From Candidatus Daviesbacteria bacterium (GTDB lineage Bacteria; Patescibacteriota; Microgenomatia; Daviesbacterales; UBA10151): a stretch of DNA of 64,000 nucleotides. This document shows, one piece after another, positions 1 to 10,199 of the stretch. The translations under genes were made by a program, and so were the position numbers. Location: the NCBI GenBank assembly GCA_041690695.1, contig JBEPVZ010000003.1, positions 13,633-77,632 of the forward strand, written 5' to 3'. Each line of letters starts with the position of its first letter. Position 1 is the first letter of the stretch. The notes beneath the pieces were generated by a model. That model made no database searches. It was not told the origin of the DNA and saw only the letters and a program-made list of their open reading frames with translations.

Positions 1-447
1 AGGCAAAAGACGTGGTAAAACTGTTGTTGAAGCCGCTTTATGATGAGCCGCAAAGGCTTCATTAATATAAACGTCACCTAAATCCGCAAGTTCTTTGGCG
101 TAGAGAATGTCGGCTTCATCCTCCCCTTTTTCGAAACGTAAATTTTCTAAGATCTGAAGTCGTTCTGGCGGAAAGTCAAAATCCGGAATCTGACTATTAA
201 ACCAATCGACAATCGGACCAACAGATAACTCTTTAACCTCTTGACCTTCTGGCCGACCAACATGACCTAAAATAATGACTTTTTTAGCATATTGGAGACA
301 GAGATAAAGGCTCGGCAAGGCTGCTTTTAATCGAAAGTCCTCAGCCACGACCCGTTTTCCATTAATTTCATTAAAAGGGACATCAATATCTAGCCTGAGT
401 AAAACAGTTTTATTGGCAATAAAGTGAGGAGTCAAGACCCGAGGCAT
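1..447 (-). CDS. pgk: Phosphoglycerate kinase, N-terminal ~149 codons; gene continues beyond the window start
   Basis: Reverse-complement translation from ATG at 447 reads MPRVLTPHFIANKTVLLRLDIDVPFNEINGKRVVAEDFRLKAALPSLYLCLQYAKKVIILGHVGRPEG. This is the canonical PGK N-terminal substrate-binding region (R-D-N/D-VP ... LSHLGRP-like). No stop before position 1. Confidence 0.8.
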   Translation of the reverse strand, partial: MPRVLTPHFIANKTVLLRLDIDVPFNEINGKRVVAEDFRLKAALPSLYLCLQYAKKVIILGHVGRPEGQEVKELSVGPIVDWFNSQIPDFDFPPERLQILENLRFEKGEDEADILYAKELADLGDVYINEAFAAHHKAASTTVLPRLLP

Positions 448-530
448 AAAGATATATTAGACGATAGTGAGTCGCAGGTGGAAGATAGTATTTTGAAAAG
501 AGAAGAATGTGGTGTGGGCTACGCTAAGCA

Positions 531-605
531 TGGTGGGCAGTAATGGAGTCGAACCATTCACTTCTTCCTTATCAGAGAAGCGTTCTACCGCTGAACTAAC
601 TGCCC
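531..605 (-). tRNA. tRNA-Ile (anticodon GAT), CCA encoded
   Basis: The reverse complement folds as a cloverleaf. Acceptor stem GGGCAGT/ACTGCCC. D-arm GTTC-AGCGGTA-GAAC. Anticodon stem CTTCT/GGAAG with loop CTGATAA (anticodon GAT). T-arm AATGG-TTCGACT-CCATT. Discriminator A followed by CCA. Confidence 0.75.
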
Positions 606-646
606 ATTAGAATGGTATTTTACGTGTCTTTAGCTTTAAAAACAAG

Positions 647-1654
647 TTATGGAACAACAACTGAAACTTTTGGTGTTCCAAATCTACCAATGACTTCTTG
701 GATCTGTTCCCAATTAGAGGCACCAACAAATGGCACTCCAGAATCTGGACCACTTAGATTACCCATAATTTTCCCGATCTCAATAACCGGTAGACGAGCT
801 GCTTTTAGTGTTTCGACGTTTTTTTGCCAATTAATTGGGGTGACCAGATGAGTCGTTAAACCCTTCAAAATATCCGTACTAGTTAATTTTAGGGTGTTGG
901 TGACATCATCTAAAATCGGATGGGCAGGATCCTTCATCCGAAATTTAAAACCTTTCATAATTCTATTGAACTGATTTTGAGCTGGTCCCATTAACGGATG
1001 GTGTGATAATGTTGCTTCTAAATACTCTCGAATTTTAACATCTGGTAAGCTGGCTTGGAGACTTTCAAGTTGACGGCTAACTCCACCCAGGACATATTTA
1101 TTGGCAGCATTAACAACAGTGATTTGAAATGATTGAACGGCAGCTCCAGCTTCTGCAATCTTCTTAGCTAGATCTCCTTCATAAGTCGCTAAAGCGACGG
1201 TGCCTCCAACTTCTTGGGCAACTTTCCACATCACCTCTCCCCGATCTCTGGCCAATCTTAAAACGACATCCCACGACATGACACCTTCTGCTCCCATGGC
1301 AATAATTTGGGCCAGGCTAGAACCCGCCACAAAAGCTTCATTATCTACCCCATTTTCTCTTAAGTATTCAAGGATCATGGCAGTATTCAAAGCATGGCCT
1401 GGCTGAATAACTCGTGTATCCGCAGCGATTTTTTTACGACGGTCTCCTCCAAATAGGCTAATTGGATCATATAAGGCATGTACACCAATCGGGTAACCTT
1501 CAATCTTACCTAAGTTTTTATTAGTCAGATCATAAAGTCGGCGTGCCCCCCGACTGGCCCGCATTAGATGCTCACCAGTTTCACCTGAAGCTAGTTGACC
1601 ACCTTGAGGTGGAATTCCAAGGATATATCCTTCCTGAGTAATTTCTGAGGACAT
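647..1654 (-). CDS. FabD-family acyltransferase (malonyl-CoA:ACP transacylase-like)
   Basis: 335-aa ORF. Motifs align with FabD: AGSSLAQIIAMG (FabD GHSLGE nucleophile-Ser region), RLARDRGEVM, VVNAANKYVLGG (VSPVNFNSPGQVVIAG), SHHPLMGPA (SHCALMKPA catalytic His), WQKNVETL (WTKSVEYM). Confidence 0.6.
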   Translation of the reverse strand: MSSEITQEGYILGIPPQGGQLASGETGEHLMRASRGARRLYDLTNKNLGKIEGYPIGVHALYDPISLFGGDRRKKIAADTRVIQPGHALNTAMILEYLRENGVDNEAFVAGSSLAQIIAMGAEGVMSWDVVLRLARDRGEVMWKVAQEVGGTVALATYEGDLAKKIAEAGAAVQSFQITVVNAANKYVLGGVSRQLESLQASLPDVKIREYLEATLSHHPLMGPAQNQFNRIMKGFKFRMKDPAHPILDDVTNTLKLTSTDILKGLTTHLVTPINWQKNVETLKAARLPVIEIGKIMGNLSGPDSGVPFVGASNWEQIQEVIGRFGTPKVSVVVP

Positions 1655-1719
1655 ACTTTTTAGTATACAAAGATTCCCTAGAGTTACATAGCCATAGTTT
1701 TTTGGTACTATATCCCCAC

Positions 1720-1791
1720 GGCACGGTGGTGAAGTGGTAACACAGGAGTCTGCAAAACTTCGACGCGCGGGTTCGATTCCCGCCCGTGCCT
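1720..1791 (+). tRNA. tRNA-Cys (anticodon GCA), no encoded CCA
   Basis: Acceptor GGCACGG/CCGTGCC. D-arm GTGA-AGTGGTAA-CAC. Anticodon stem GGAGT/ACTTC with loop CTGCAAA (GCA). T-arm GCGGG-TTCGATT-CCCGC. Discriminator T. Confidence 0.75.
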
Positions 1792-1842
1792 CACGAAAGG
1801 TGTCTTATCTTCTTCTTAACTAATTGCTATAGTATCAGGCAA

Positions 1843-2529
1843 ATGCCAAGGTCCATCGAGGAAGAGCAGGTAATTTTTACATCACGTCGAGATCAAGTCA
1901 GTCGATTTTTAAGAGAGCCCGAATTTGAAGATTTAATAAACGATTTACCTGATCAAACTTGCTTAATTGATATCGCCAGTGGAACAGGAGCAATTATTTC
2001 AGCGATTGATCAATCTCTCCATAACCGTTCTAAACAACTTCAAAGCGCAGTCGGAGTCGATAGTTGGGCCATTCACTCTCAGATCAACTTTGATTCACAA
2101 TTAATGCCATTACTTAATAAAGGTCGTTACGCCCTAAATAAAGATGAAGCCGTCCGAAACTTAAGCGCCTATCAAAGTTATTGTGATGTTCGGCTGGTTC
2201 AATCAGATGCTTTAACCTTTTTAAAGCAATACTCGCTCGATAGTTTTGATTTATTAACCGGCTTTGGCCTACCCTGCACTAAATGTCCGGGTGATCTTAA
2301 AGTCGAACCAATTTTAGATTTAATTGATAAAGCTCATTTTGGCCGACCGGTGTTACTAACAATGGGTTCATTCTCAGATAGATACGTGCCATATATTGAA
2401 AAGGCCATTCACCGCCCTCATTACAATAAGTGGCATCTTTATGCTAGGTATTCTAAAAATCCTGAAGATGTAGGCTGGGATACCTGGGTAGTTACAAATA
2501 GAAAATTAGCCCTTCCTGAAGCAGCTTAA
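1843..2529 (+). CDS. Class I SAM-dependent methyltransferase (start moved to internal ATG so as not to overlap tRNA-Cys)
   Basis: The long ORF 1786..2529 overlaps the tRNA. The internal start gives MPRSIEEEQ... Motif I LIDIASGTGAI is typical of the Rossmann-fold SAM-binding site. Confidence 0.55.
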   Translation: MPRSIEEEQVIFTSRRDQVSRFLREPEFEDLINDLPDQTCLIDIASGTGAIISAIDQSLHNRSKQLQSAVGVDSWAIHSQINFDSQLMPLLNKGRYALNKDEAVRNLSAYQSYCDVRLVQSDALTFLKQYSLDSFDLLTGFGLPCTKCPGDLKVEPILDLIDKAHFGRPVLLTMGSFSDRYVPYIEKAIHRPHYNKWHLYARYSKNPEDVGWDTWVVTNRKLALPEAA

Positions 2530-2716
2530 AAACAACTAGACAACTCGAATTCCCAGTTTGAAAAATGATGTTCTAAATAGTGGTGGGTATAGCTTTTTTA
2601 AGAAGGCTATCAGACTTCTGTTACCAAATGCGTGACATTGGTATATATGGATCGAACCCAGGCTATCTTTCCAATTTACATTGAAATTAAGAAATCCTCA
2701 GGTTGACCGAATCTCC

Positions 2717-4168
<1,452 letters not shown>

Positions 4169-4255
4169 TTGTTATCCAAAAATTGGAATTGACAAGAAAA
4201 CTTGTCTTGTTTCCCACCACTATTCAGTACACCATTATCGAGTGACTGAAGAGTG

Positions 4256-4265
4256 ATTTATACCA
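4256..4265 (-). promoter_or_regulatory. Candidate extended -10 element (TGgTATAAA) for the 16S gene
   Basis: Minus-strand sequence TGGTATAAAT lies ~85 nt upstream of the 16S 5' end. There is no convincing -35. Assigned by eye only. Confidence 0.25.
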
Positions 4266-4402
4266 CAATCATAGACACTGATTGTGGTTGAGTTGTCTTT
4301 CAGTTGTCAAAGTGCAGAACACGTACCTTATGGTACATGACAAATCACCTCGCATTGAGGTAGGGGTATTTTATAGGAGTGCCTAGGCGATGTCAACCAC
4401 AA

Positions 4403-4867
4403 CTATGCCGCTAACTCAAAGGAGCCGCGGCGAATTGCCCGAACCATGGCCGGACGATACTGTTCTGGTAGAGCCATCGGCTGATTTAATCTTATCAATC
4501 CTTCAGATGGATCTTGAAGGCCGGGCAAGAGGTCGACAGAAACAATAGCTTGGTCCATCTTCCATAGTCCCGCCATGCTTTCATGAACGGGGTTGATCGC
4601 AATCTCTTCAATAAGGATATTTGGACGAGTTATTAAACTATCAAACAGTTGGCTAGGATCAAGTCCAGCCGCATCGAACGCCGGGAGAGTTGATTGAGAT
4701 AGCAACCCAAAATCAGCTGGAGTTAAAGTTAAAACTTGAGCGATATTAATTCTCTGCAAACCAGTTGCAGTCGCAGCACGGATAACCTGTTGTCCGTCCA
4801 CAATTGGAACTTTAGGAGTTAGACCATAAATTAATTGAAGCTCTTTAGCCATTAATGATTCTGACAT
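4403..4867 (-). CDS. Hypothetical protein (155 aa from internal ATG MSESLMAKE...)
   Basis: An ORF with a TAATATG stop/start junction with the upstream gene suggests an operon. No recognisable motifs. Confidence 0.4.
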   Translation of the reverse strand: MSESLMAKELQLIYGLTPKVPIVDGQQVIRAATATGLQRINIAQVLTLTPADFGLLSQSTLPAFDAAGLDPSQLFDSLITRPNILIEEIAINPVHESMAGLWKMDQAIVSVDLLPGLQDPSEGLIRLNQPMALPEQYRPAMVRAIRRGSFELAA

Positions 4868-4868
4868 A

Positions 4869-5216
4869 TTAAGCTGCTTTCTTAATGGCTTCGTTAATAT
4901 CGAAAAAGCCACCTTTGTTCGGAAAGGCGGTGACATTCGCTGGTAAGCCTCCGGCTGGTGCCACAATGGTTGGTTGTGTAGTCTGGCGATAACGGAAATG
5001 AGAATCAATCCCAATAACCTTTAAAGCTTCTGCGGCTTGAGCGGCCAACTCAGCATCACCTTCCTCAACTTCCTGGTCAATGGCAGCGCTTTCCTGGACC
5101 AAAGCATCTGTCGTTTGAGTTGAGGCCGATTTAGGCGCAGCAGTGCTGGGAGTCGCACCTTCTATAGGTACAATTCCCAACAGCACACTGGCTAATTTGG
5201 GATCCATCTCTGCCAT
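4869..5216 (-). CDS. Hypothetical acidic protein (115 aa)
   Basis: ORF in an operon-like arrangement, overlapping the upstream gene by ~25 nt. No recognisable motifs. Confidence 0.4.
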   Translation of the reverse strand: MAEMDPKLASVLLGIVPIEGATPSTAAPKSASTQTTDALVQESAAIDQEVEEGDAELAAQAAEALKVIGIDSHFRYRQTTQPTIVAPAGGLPANVTAFPNKGGFFDINEAIKKAA

Positions 5217-6289
5217 AAATTGGCGCTTATTCTACTCCTTTTCGGTTTAACAAGCAAGCTAATCGTCGGCTCATCTGGCTTTTGAGATAAAACTTCTTGG
5301 ACCTGAGTTTTTGAAACATTGTCTCCAAATTGTCTTCTCGCTACCGGTAGATGTCGATCATTAACCATCCTGACAATTGATTTAGCTTGGCTTATTGTCA
5401 TTTTACCGATAGCCCGAAGTTCATGTAAAACAGCCGTCAAAGAACCATCAGGCCCTTTTCCGCCAAGTACCTCACTTAATAATTCTGGTTCAGATTGTTT
5501 GATCGCCTGAGCGATCTGCTCTCCTATAATCTCATCCGGAGCTGGGGTAACGTTACCAATTTCAATGACTGCTTGAGTAGCCAGATCATTTCTTTTAGTC
5601 AAAGTATTCTTATCAATTACGTATTTATCACTATTAAGAACAGCTTTTAATTTAAGCTTACCTGGGTAATCTTTGGTAACAGCCTCCTCTGTTTCTTCTT
5701 CTAATAATAGTTTTTGATTCATTCTTTGTTCGATTATTTTCAAAACTCGCGGCTGAAATTTTAATTCTGGCTTAACCATCGGCTGAGGTGCAATTAAACT
5801 TTCAGGAAGAGCTGGAATATTAACACCCAAAAGGACATTTTGAATAACCTGAACATCAGGTTTATGAATTACTGGAGCAAGAACTTCGGGTTTAACAGGA
5901 GAAATCTGAACTGGTTTAGCCTCTGGAATGACTATAACTTTAAAGTTGACCTCTGAGCGAGGAGCTGGGATTGTGTGCGTTGGCTCAGGACTAAACAATC
6001 TCGGGGGTAAAGCGATTTGGCGGCCCATAAGACCAGGTGAGCGACTAATTCCCAGCTTTTGAGCTCCCTTATCGAGGCTAATCGCTCTTTCAAAAAGGCT
6101 CTGGCCAACAGATGGTGCGGTCATAGCTGGTCGTTCTGGAGCAAAACCAGACGAAAAATTGGTATTAATCCGAATTGGGGTCTTAGGTGTGAAAGATTCT
6201 GGAGAAAAAGTTTTAGAGGCTACTCCCACATTGATGCGGGCTGGTCCATGAACTGCTGTCCTTATTGAAGAACCTAGTTCTGGTGACAT
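5192..6289 (-). CDS. Hypothetical protein (365 aa), Pro/Lys-rich
   Basis: Long uninterrupted ORF. No recognisable catalytic motifs. Confidence 0.45.
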   Translation of the reverse strand: MSPELGSSIRTAVHGPARINVGVASKTFSPESFTPKTPIRINTNFSSGFAPERPAMTAPSVGQSLFERAISLDKGAQKLGISRSPGLMGRQIALPPRLFSPEPTHTIPAPRSEVNFKVIVIPEAKPVQISPVKPEVLAPVIHKPDVQVIQNVLLGVNIPALPESLIAPQPMVKPELKFQPRVLKIIEQRMNQKLLLEEETEEAVTKDYPGKLKLKAVLNSDKYVIDKNTLTKRNDLATQAVIEIGNVTPAPDEIIGEQIAQAIKQSEPELLSEVLGGKGPDGSLTAVLHELRAIGKMTISQAKSIVRMVNDRHLPVARRQFGDNVSKTQVQEVLSQKPDEPTISLLVKPKRSRISANLWQRWIPN

Positions 6290-6350
6290 TTAGCCTCCTT
6301 CCTATTTGGATAGCTATTATACCGCAATAAACCCGAAAAAGCAAGCTAAC

Positions 6351-6764
6351 TTAGTCTAAAACTTCAATTCTAATCTCTATAATATTCTTAGGAAAATGTT
6401 TATCAGCGGTAATAAAAGTATCAACTTTACAAACAATTGCCGTGGCGAGTTGAAGAGCATCTGGCGTACGAAGATTATATTTTGCTCGTAATTTTGCAGC
6501 TTGTAACGCAACCGTTTTGGTAATCTCTCGAATAGTAATTAAGCCAGCTCCACTAATATACTCTAAATATAAAGGTATTTTTGCTTCCCCACCTTCTTTA
6601 AAGACTTTAACCATAATTTCCTCAATAGTTAGCACGGAGGTAAAAGCTTCAATTTTTTGAAGTTTAACTTGATCAAGAACTTGACGAGCCTTTCGACCTA
6701 AAACAGTCTGATCTTCAATAGCGTAAATAAAGATATTTGTGTCGATTGCTACTCTTTTTCCCAC
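6351..6764 (-). CDS. vapC: PIN-domain toxin VapC
   Basis: N-terminal AIDTNIFIY and downstream acidic residues are typical of PIN nucleases. It overlaps the upstream small antitoxin-like gene by 16 nt. Confidence 0.8.
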   Translation of the reverse strand: MGKRVAIDTNIFIYAIEDQTVLGRKARQVLDQVKLQKIEAFTSVLTIEEIMVKVFKEGGEAKIPLYLEYISGAGLITIREITKTVALQAAKLRAKYNLRTPDALQLATAIVCKVDTFITADKHFPKNIIEIRIEVLD

Positions 6765-6985
6765 GAGTCTCGTTCTTTATTAATAAATTGTTTGATATCA
6801 GCCTCTTTCCATAAACCTCGCAGGTCAGAGAGATAGTCCTCTGGCCAATTCCGGTCTGGAGTTAAAATAATTTGATCATCAACTGAGTAGACATTGAATT
6901 TTTGCCCAACCGTAATCTTAAGCTTATTTCGAACTTCTTTAGGAATGACTACTTGGAATTTAGTACTGACTTGAGTTTGGATCAT
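6749..6985 (-). CDS. vapB: AbrB/MazE/SpoVT-type antitoxin VapB
   Basis: 78 aa. KFQVVIPKEVRNKLKI is a swapped-hairpin (AbrB) DNA-binding motif. It sits upstream of, and overlapping, the PIN gene. Confidence 0.7.
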   Translation of the reverse strand: MIQTQVSTKFQVVIPKEVRNKLKITVGQKFNVYSVDDQIILTPDRNWPEDYLSDLRGLWKEADIKQFINKERDSWEKE

Positions 6986-7022
6986 AAATTTAGTATAAAA
7001 TATCGTAATACGAAAATCAATA

Positions 7023-7541
7023 TCATTTTACGATCTCATATAAGACTACTCCCAGACTGACTATAACATTCAAACTAATATTCACTCCAAACATTGGTAA
7101 CTCGACGATCGCATTACAAATATCTAAAACCTCTTTCGAAACGCCAGTCGTCTCATTTCCGACGATCAGACAGACCGGCAATTTGTAATCAAATTTGTCA
7201 TATGGAACTGAGTTTTCAGATAGCTCCACCGCCACGACCTGCAAATTTTCAATTGTCAATTTTAAATTTTCAATTGCCGAAATTGCCGTTTCGGCGTATT
7301 CCCACTCTACCCACTCAGTGGTATTAATAGAAGCCTTTTTAATTCGATGATTTGGTGGGATCTCCCCTTCCCCAGTAATAATTACTTTTTTAGCCGCTAC
7401 GGCATCAGCCAGTCGAAAGACTGATCCAATATTATAAGTATCTAAAACATTGTCTAGCAAAATATATATTTCTTGCTTTTTTAGGTCAGTTTTTTGGTGT
7501 TGACCATGACGCAATTCGTAAGCATTTAATTTAAGACTCAT
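7023..7541 (-). CDS. SpoU/TrmH-family RNA 2'-O-methyltransferase
   Basis: SPOUT motifs: LLDNVLDTYNIGSVFRLADA, LIVGNETTGVS, LPMFGVNISLNV. Confidence 0.8.
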   Translation of the reverse strand: MSLKLNAYELRHGQHQKTDLKKQEIYILLDNVLDTYNIGSVFRLADAVAAKKVIITGEGEIPPNHRIKKASINTTEWVEWEYAETAISAIENLKLTIENLQVVAVELSENSVPYDKFDYKLPVCLIVGNETTGVSKEVLDICNAIVELPMFGVNISLNVIVSLGVVLYEIVK

Positions 7542-7578
7542 GGATTCAGATTATAGTGGTACATAAATCGATTGACAA

Positions 7579-9048
7579 TCATTGGCCACACAAGGCTATC
7601 GGACAAGAAATTTTCTTTTTGTCGGTATTATTTCCAAACACATCAGTCATCCGCCCCTTCAAGGTATTAAAACAACTTGTTTTTAAGTCTGGTTTGGCGA
7701 CAGATTCACAGAACTGGCTCCCTTGAGTAGTCAAGGCGTCCCCAGAAAAATCAATCACCACGTTTAAGGCTCCTATAATACAATCTTTAGTATAGTTGGG
7801 ATCAACTAAATCACACAAAGCTAGTGTTTTTTGGGGATTATGGAGCATCTGGCCAGACGCATCTCGACCAAAACTCTGAAAGCAGGTTTCTCGCATATTC
7901 CCAGGCGCACTCAAACATTCTTTAGCCACAACCCCAAAGTTATAACCGGACAGATCAAGCATTCGGCTAGTCTGCATTAGATAACATTGATACTCTGCTG
8001 GATAATTTTGAGCAACCTGATCGCAAGGAAAATATGGATCACTATTAACCCAAGTCGTAGCATGATCGACCGGCGATGCCCCTTTACCTTCGGCAGTAAT
8101 AATATTCTCCATAAAAACCCCGCCATAACATGAGTTTTTAGCAAAATCATCATCTAACTCCTGACATAAATCGAGCGCCCAAGGCAAGTTATAGTTTAAA
8201 TATGCCATGACTCCATGACCAACTCCGTGCAGACATTCAAATTTCGTAAATGAAGTTGGAAACTGGGTACAGAGTTTATCAATTTTAGCCGCCAAATTAT
8301 CTGTTCCTTGTTCATATAAAAAAGCCTCCATCGCCCCGTGATAATAGCCACTGTGACAAGCTGAGGAACCATTATGAAAAACGTTTGAATGAGAGATGTT
8401 GTAAGACAAGCGACCAATTAGATGAGCTTCTTGATGACAATCTAGTTCGGCTCCTCCTCCTGCATCAGCTAAAAGTTTAGTCATAGCTCCATCTCCTCCT
8501 ATAATCTTAATCCAGTAACTCATTTTGGAATCGTCATAAGCTAGCTTCATAAAATCGACTTTAGCTAAGTCTTGAGTTAGTTGGTCAGGGAAAAAATGGT
8601 AATAGATCTTATTGACTAAAACCGTCAGATCATCAAATTTGTCACTCACCCCAGCTTTAACAGTTGTCAGACTGAGCCAAGCTGGGTTATTTTGGCCTGA
8701 AGCTTTAATCGTGCCAGTAAATTGCGGATAAAGGTGATCATGCATATTCCAATCTCCAGCTTTATCAAAGACAAAACTCCAACTCTGACCCGCTTTAATA
8801 CCAGTTTTAGGATCAAATTCCGGATAAATTAGATGAGTTGGGTGAAGATCAGAGGCAGGCCAATGATCTTTTGAATCAACATTTATAAATTTGATAGTGT
8901 CATTCTTATTAATAACTAAATTAGGAGGCTGAAAACCATTTGAAGTCATCTTAACTTCATAAGTAGCCGTTTTGGCAACCGGAGTAGTCGCGGCGAAGTT
9001 GGCTAATAAAAAAATACTGGCCACTAAACAGATAATGGTTTTAATCAT
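7579..9048 (-). CDS. Secreted Cys-rich protein with N-terminal cupredoxin-like beta domain
   Basis: The N-terminal hydrophobic segment MIKTIICLVASIFLLANFAA is a signal peptide or anchor. The next ~100 aa resemble a cupredoxin-like fold. The remainder is rich in Cys/His (HGVGHG, many C). No confident family. Confidence 0.45.
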   Translation of the reverse strand: MIKTIICLVASIFLLANFAATTPVAKTATYEVKMTSNGFQPPNLVINKNDTIKFINVDSKDHWPASDLHPTHLIYPEFDPKTGIKAGQSWSFVFDKAGDWNMHDHLYPQFTGTIKASGQNNPAWLSLTTVKAGVSDKFDDLTVLVNKIYYHFFPDQLTQDLAKVDFMKLAYDDSKMSYWIKIIGGDGAMTKLLADAGGGAELDCHQEAHLIGRLSYNISHSNVFHNGSSACHSGYYHGAMEAFLYEQGTDNLAAKIDKLCTQFPTSFTKFECLHGVGHGVMAYLNYNLPWALDLCQELDDDFAKNSCYGGVFMENIITAEGKGASPVDHATTWVNSDPYFPCDQVAQNYPAEYQCYLMQTSRMLDLSGYNFGVVAKECLSAPGNMRETCFQSFGRDASGQMLHNPQKTLALCDLVDPNYTKDCIIGALNVVIDFSGDALTTQGSQFCESVAKPDLKTSCFNTLKGRMTDVFGNNTDKKKISCPIALCGQ

Positions 9049-9106
9049 TTCTTAATATAGGATACCTTGACAAGCCATCAGTTACAAAGGGATAATAATT
9101 TTAGTA

Positions 9107-9574
9107 ATGTCCAGTAAATCCCTAGCTATTTTAATTGTTGTTAGCCTAATTTTGATAATTGCAGCCGGCTTTGGCGGATACTCCTATGGTAAGACTCAAA
9201 ACTCACCTCAAATTCTTCCACTCACAGCCGTCTCTTCACAGACACCAGTATCAGACAGCAATACTTTGCCTTTAGATTTTGCTAATCAAGTCACTTTTCA
9301 AGGTAAGGTTATTCAACTAACAGGTAGCGAAGCAGTGGTAACCAGTCTCAATAATCAGACCAAGACTTTTGTTATTTCCAAAACTGTTAATATCATTGAT
9401 GCTTCAATTCCCCCAAAACCTGGCACAGTATCTGTTAATCCGACCTTAACAACAATCCCACTAAATAAGTCGGCTGCCATTACTTTAGTGCTAATTAATA
9501 ACCAATATCAGATTACAAATGTCATGATCACCCCCCAAATTGCCACTCCTGCTCCAGCTAACTTAACTAAATAA
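9107..9574 (+). CDS. Small N-terminally membrane-anchored protein (paralog of 12384..12836)
   Basis: N-terminal TM helix LAILIVVSLILIIAAGFGG. The C-terminus ...YQITNVMITPQIATPAP matches the C-terminus of the 12384 ORF (...EYQITNVLLAPPTH). Confidence 0.5.
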   Translation: MSSKSLAILIVVSLILIIAAGFGGYSYGKTQNSPQILPLTAVSSQTPVSDSNTLPLDFANQVTFQGKVIQLTGSEAVVTSLNNQTKTFVISKTVNIIDASIPPKPGTVSVNPTLTTIPLNKSAAITLVLINNQYQITNVMITPQIATPAPANLTK

Positions 9575-9579
9575 CCAAC

Positions 9580-10173
9580 ATGTCGAAGAAACATACCCTA
9601 CTCTGGTTTGGGATGATTATTTTAGGATGTTTTCTAATCGTTGCTCTATCTCTCTGGATTGCTCGAGTGAGGCTGGCCTCCACTCAAGTCGACTCTAGAA
9701 GTCAGAAAACGTCGTTAGTAGTGAAAGCTCCACCTCAAAATAATACTCCCACAAGCGTTCTGTCATTTTCTCCAGCGACCTTAGTTGTAGCCACAGCGTC
9801 AGCCCGTCAAGTCGAGACGGTTTTTGTTAATATTGATTCCGGGATGAATGATCTCCAAAAGATTAACCTCGATCTAAATTATGATCCCAATGTATTAACT
9901 AACCTTGAAGTCAGTCCTGGAGGAGCCGTCCTTTATAGTTCGCCGGATGTTAAATCTTCAGCCGAAAACGGTCATATTAATCTGTCCGCAACCCTCAACA
10001 CCAGTGGTTCGACAGCCTCATCAATTAAAGGTCCTGTTTTAAAAATTAGCTTTACCCCAAAGAGTGGAATATTCACGACTAACATCAAGTTTCTACCGAC
10101 CACAACTTTATTTGGTTCAGACAATAAACCGACTCTTAAATCTATAGCTGAGGAGGTCATACGCACAAATTAA
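9580..10173 (+). CDS. Membrane-anchored hypothetical protein (197 aa)
   Basis: N-terminal TM helix LLWFGMIILGCFLIVALSLWIA, then a Ser/Thr-rich extracellular region. Confidence 0.45.
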   Translation: MSKKHTLLWFGMIILGCFLIVALSLWIARVRLASTQVDSRSQKTSLVVKAPPQNNTPTSVLSFSPATLVVATASARQVETVFVNIDSGMNDLQKINLDLNYDPNVLTNLEVSPGGAVLYSSPDVKSSAENGHINLSATLNTSGSTASSIKGPVLKISFTPKSGIFTTNIKFLPTTTLFGSDNKPTLKSIAEEVIRTN

Positions 10174-10199
10174 CAACTTTCCTGAGCTTTTTAATAGTC

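Noticed and set aside
2600-2690. tRNA-like T-loop sequence (GGATCGAACCCAGG) between the methyltransferase gene and the 16S 3' end
   Set aside because: No acceptor, D or anticodon stems could be built around it on either strand. Probably a chance match or a decayed tRNA remnant.
4869-6289. Three minus-strand ORFs overlapping by ~25 nt in different frames, considered as one frameshifted gene
   Set aside because: Two independent frameshifts would be required. The TAATATG and overlapping junctions are also typical of translational coupling, so they are kept as separate genes.
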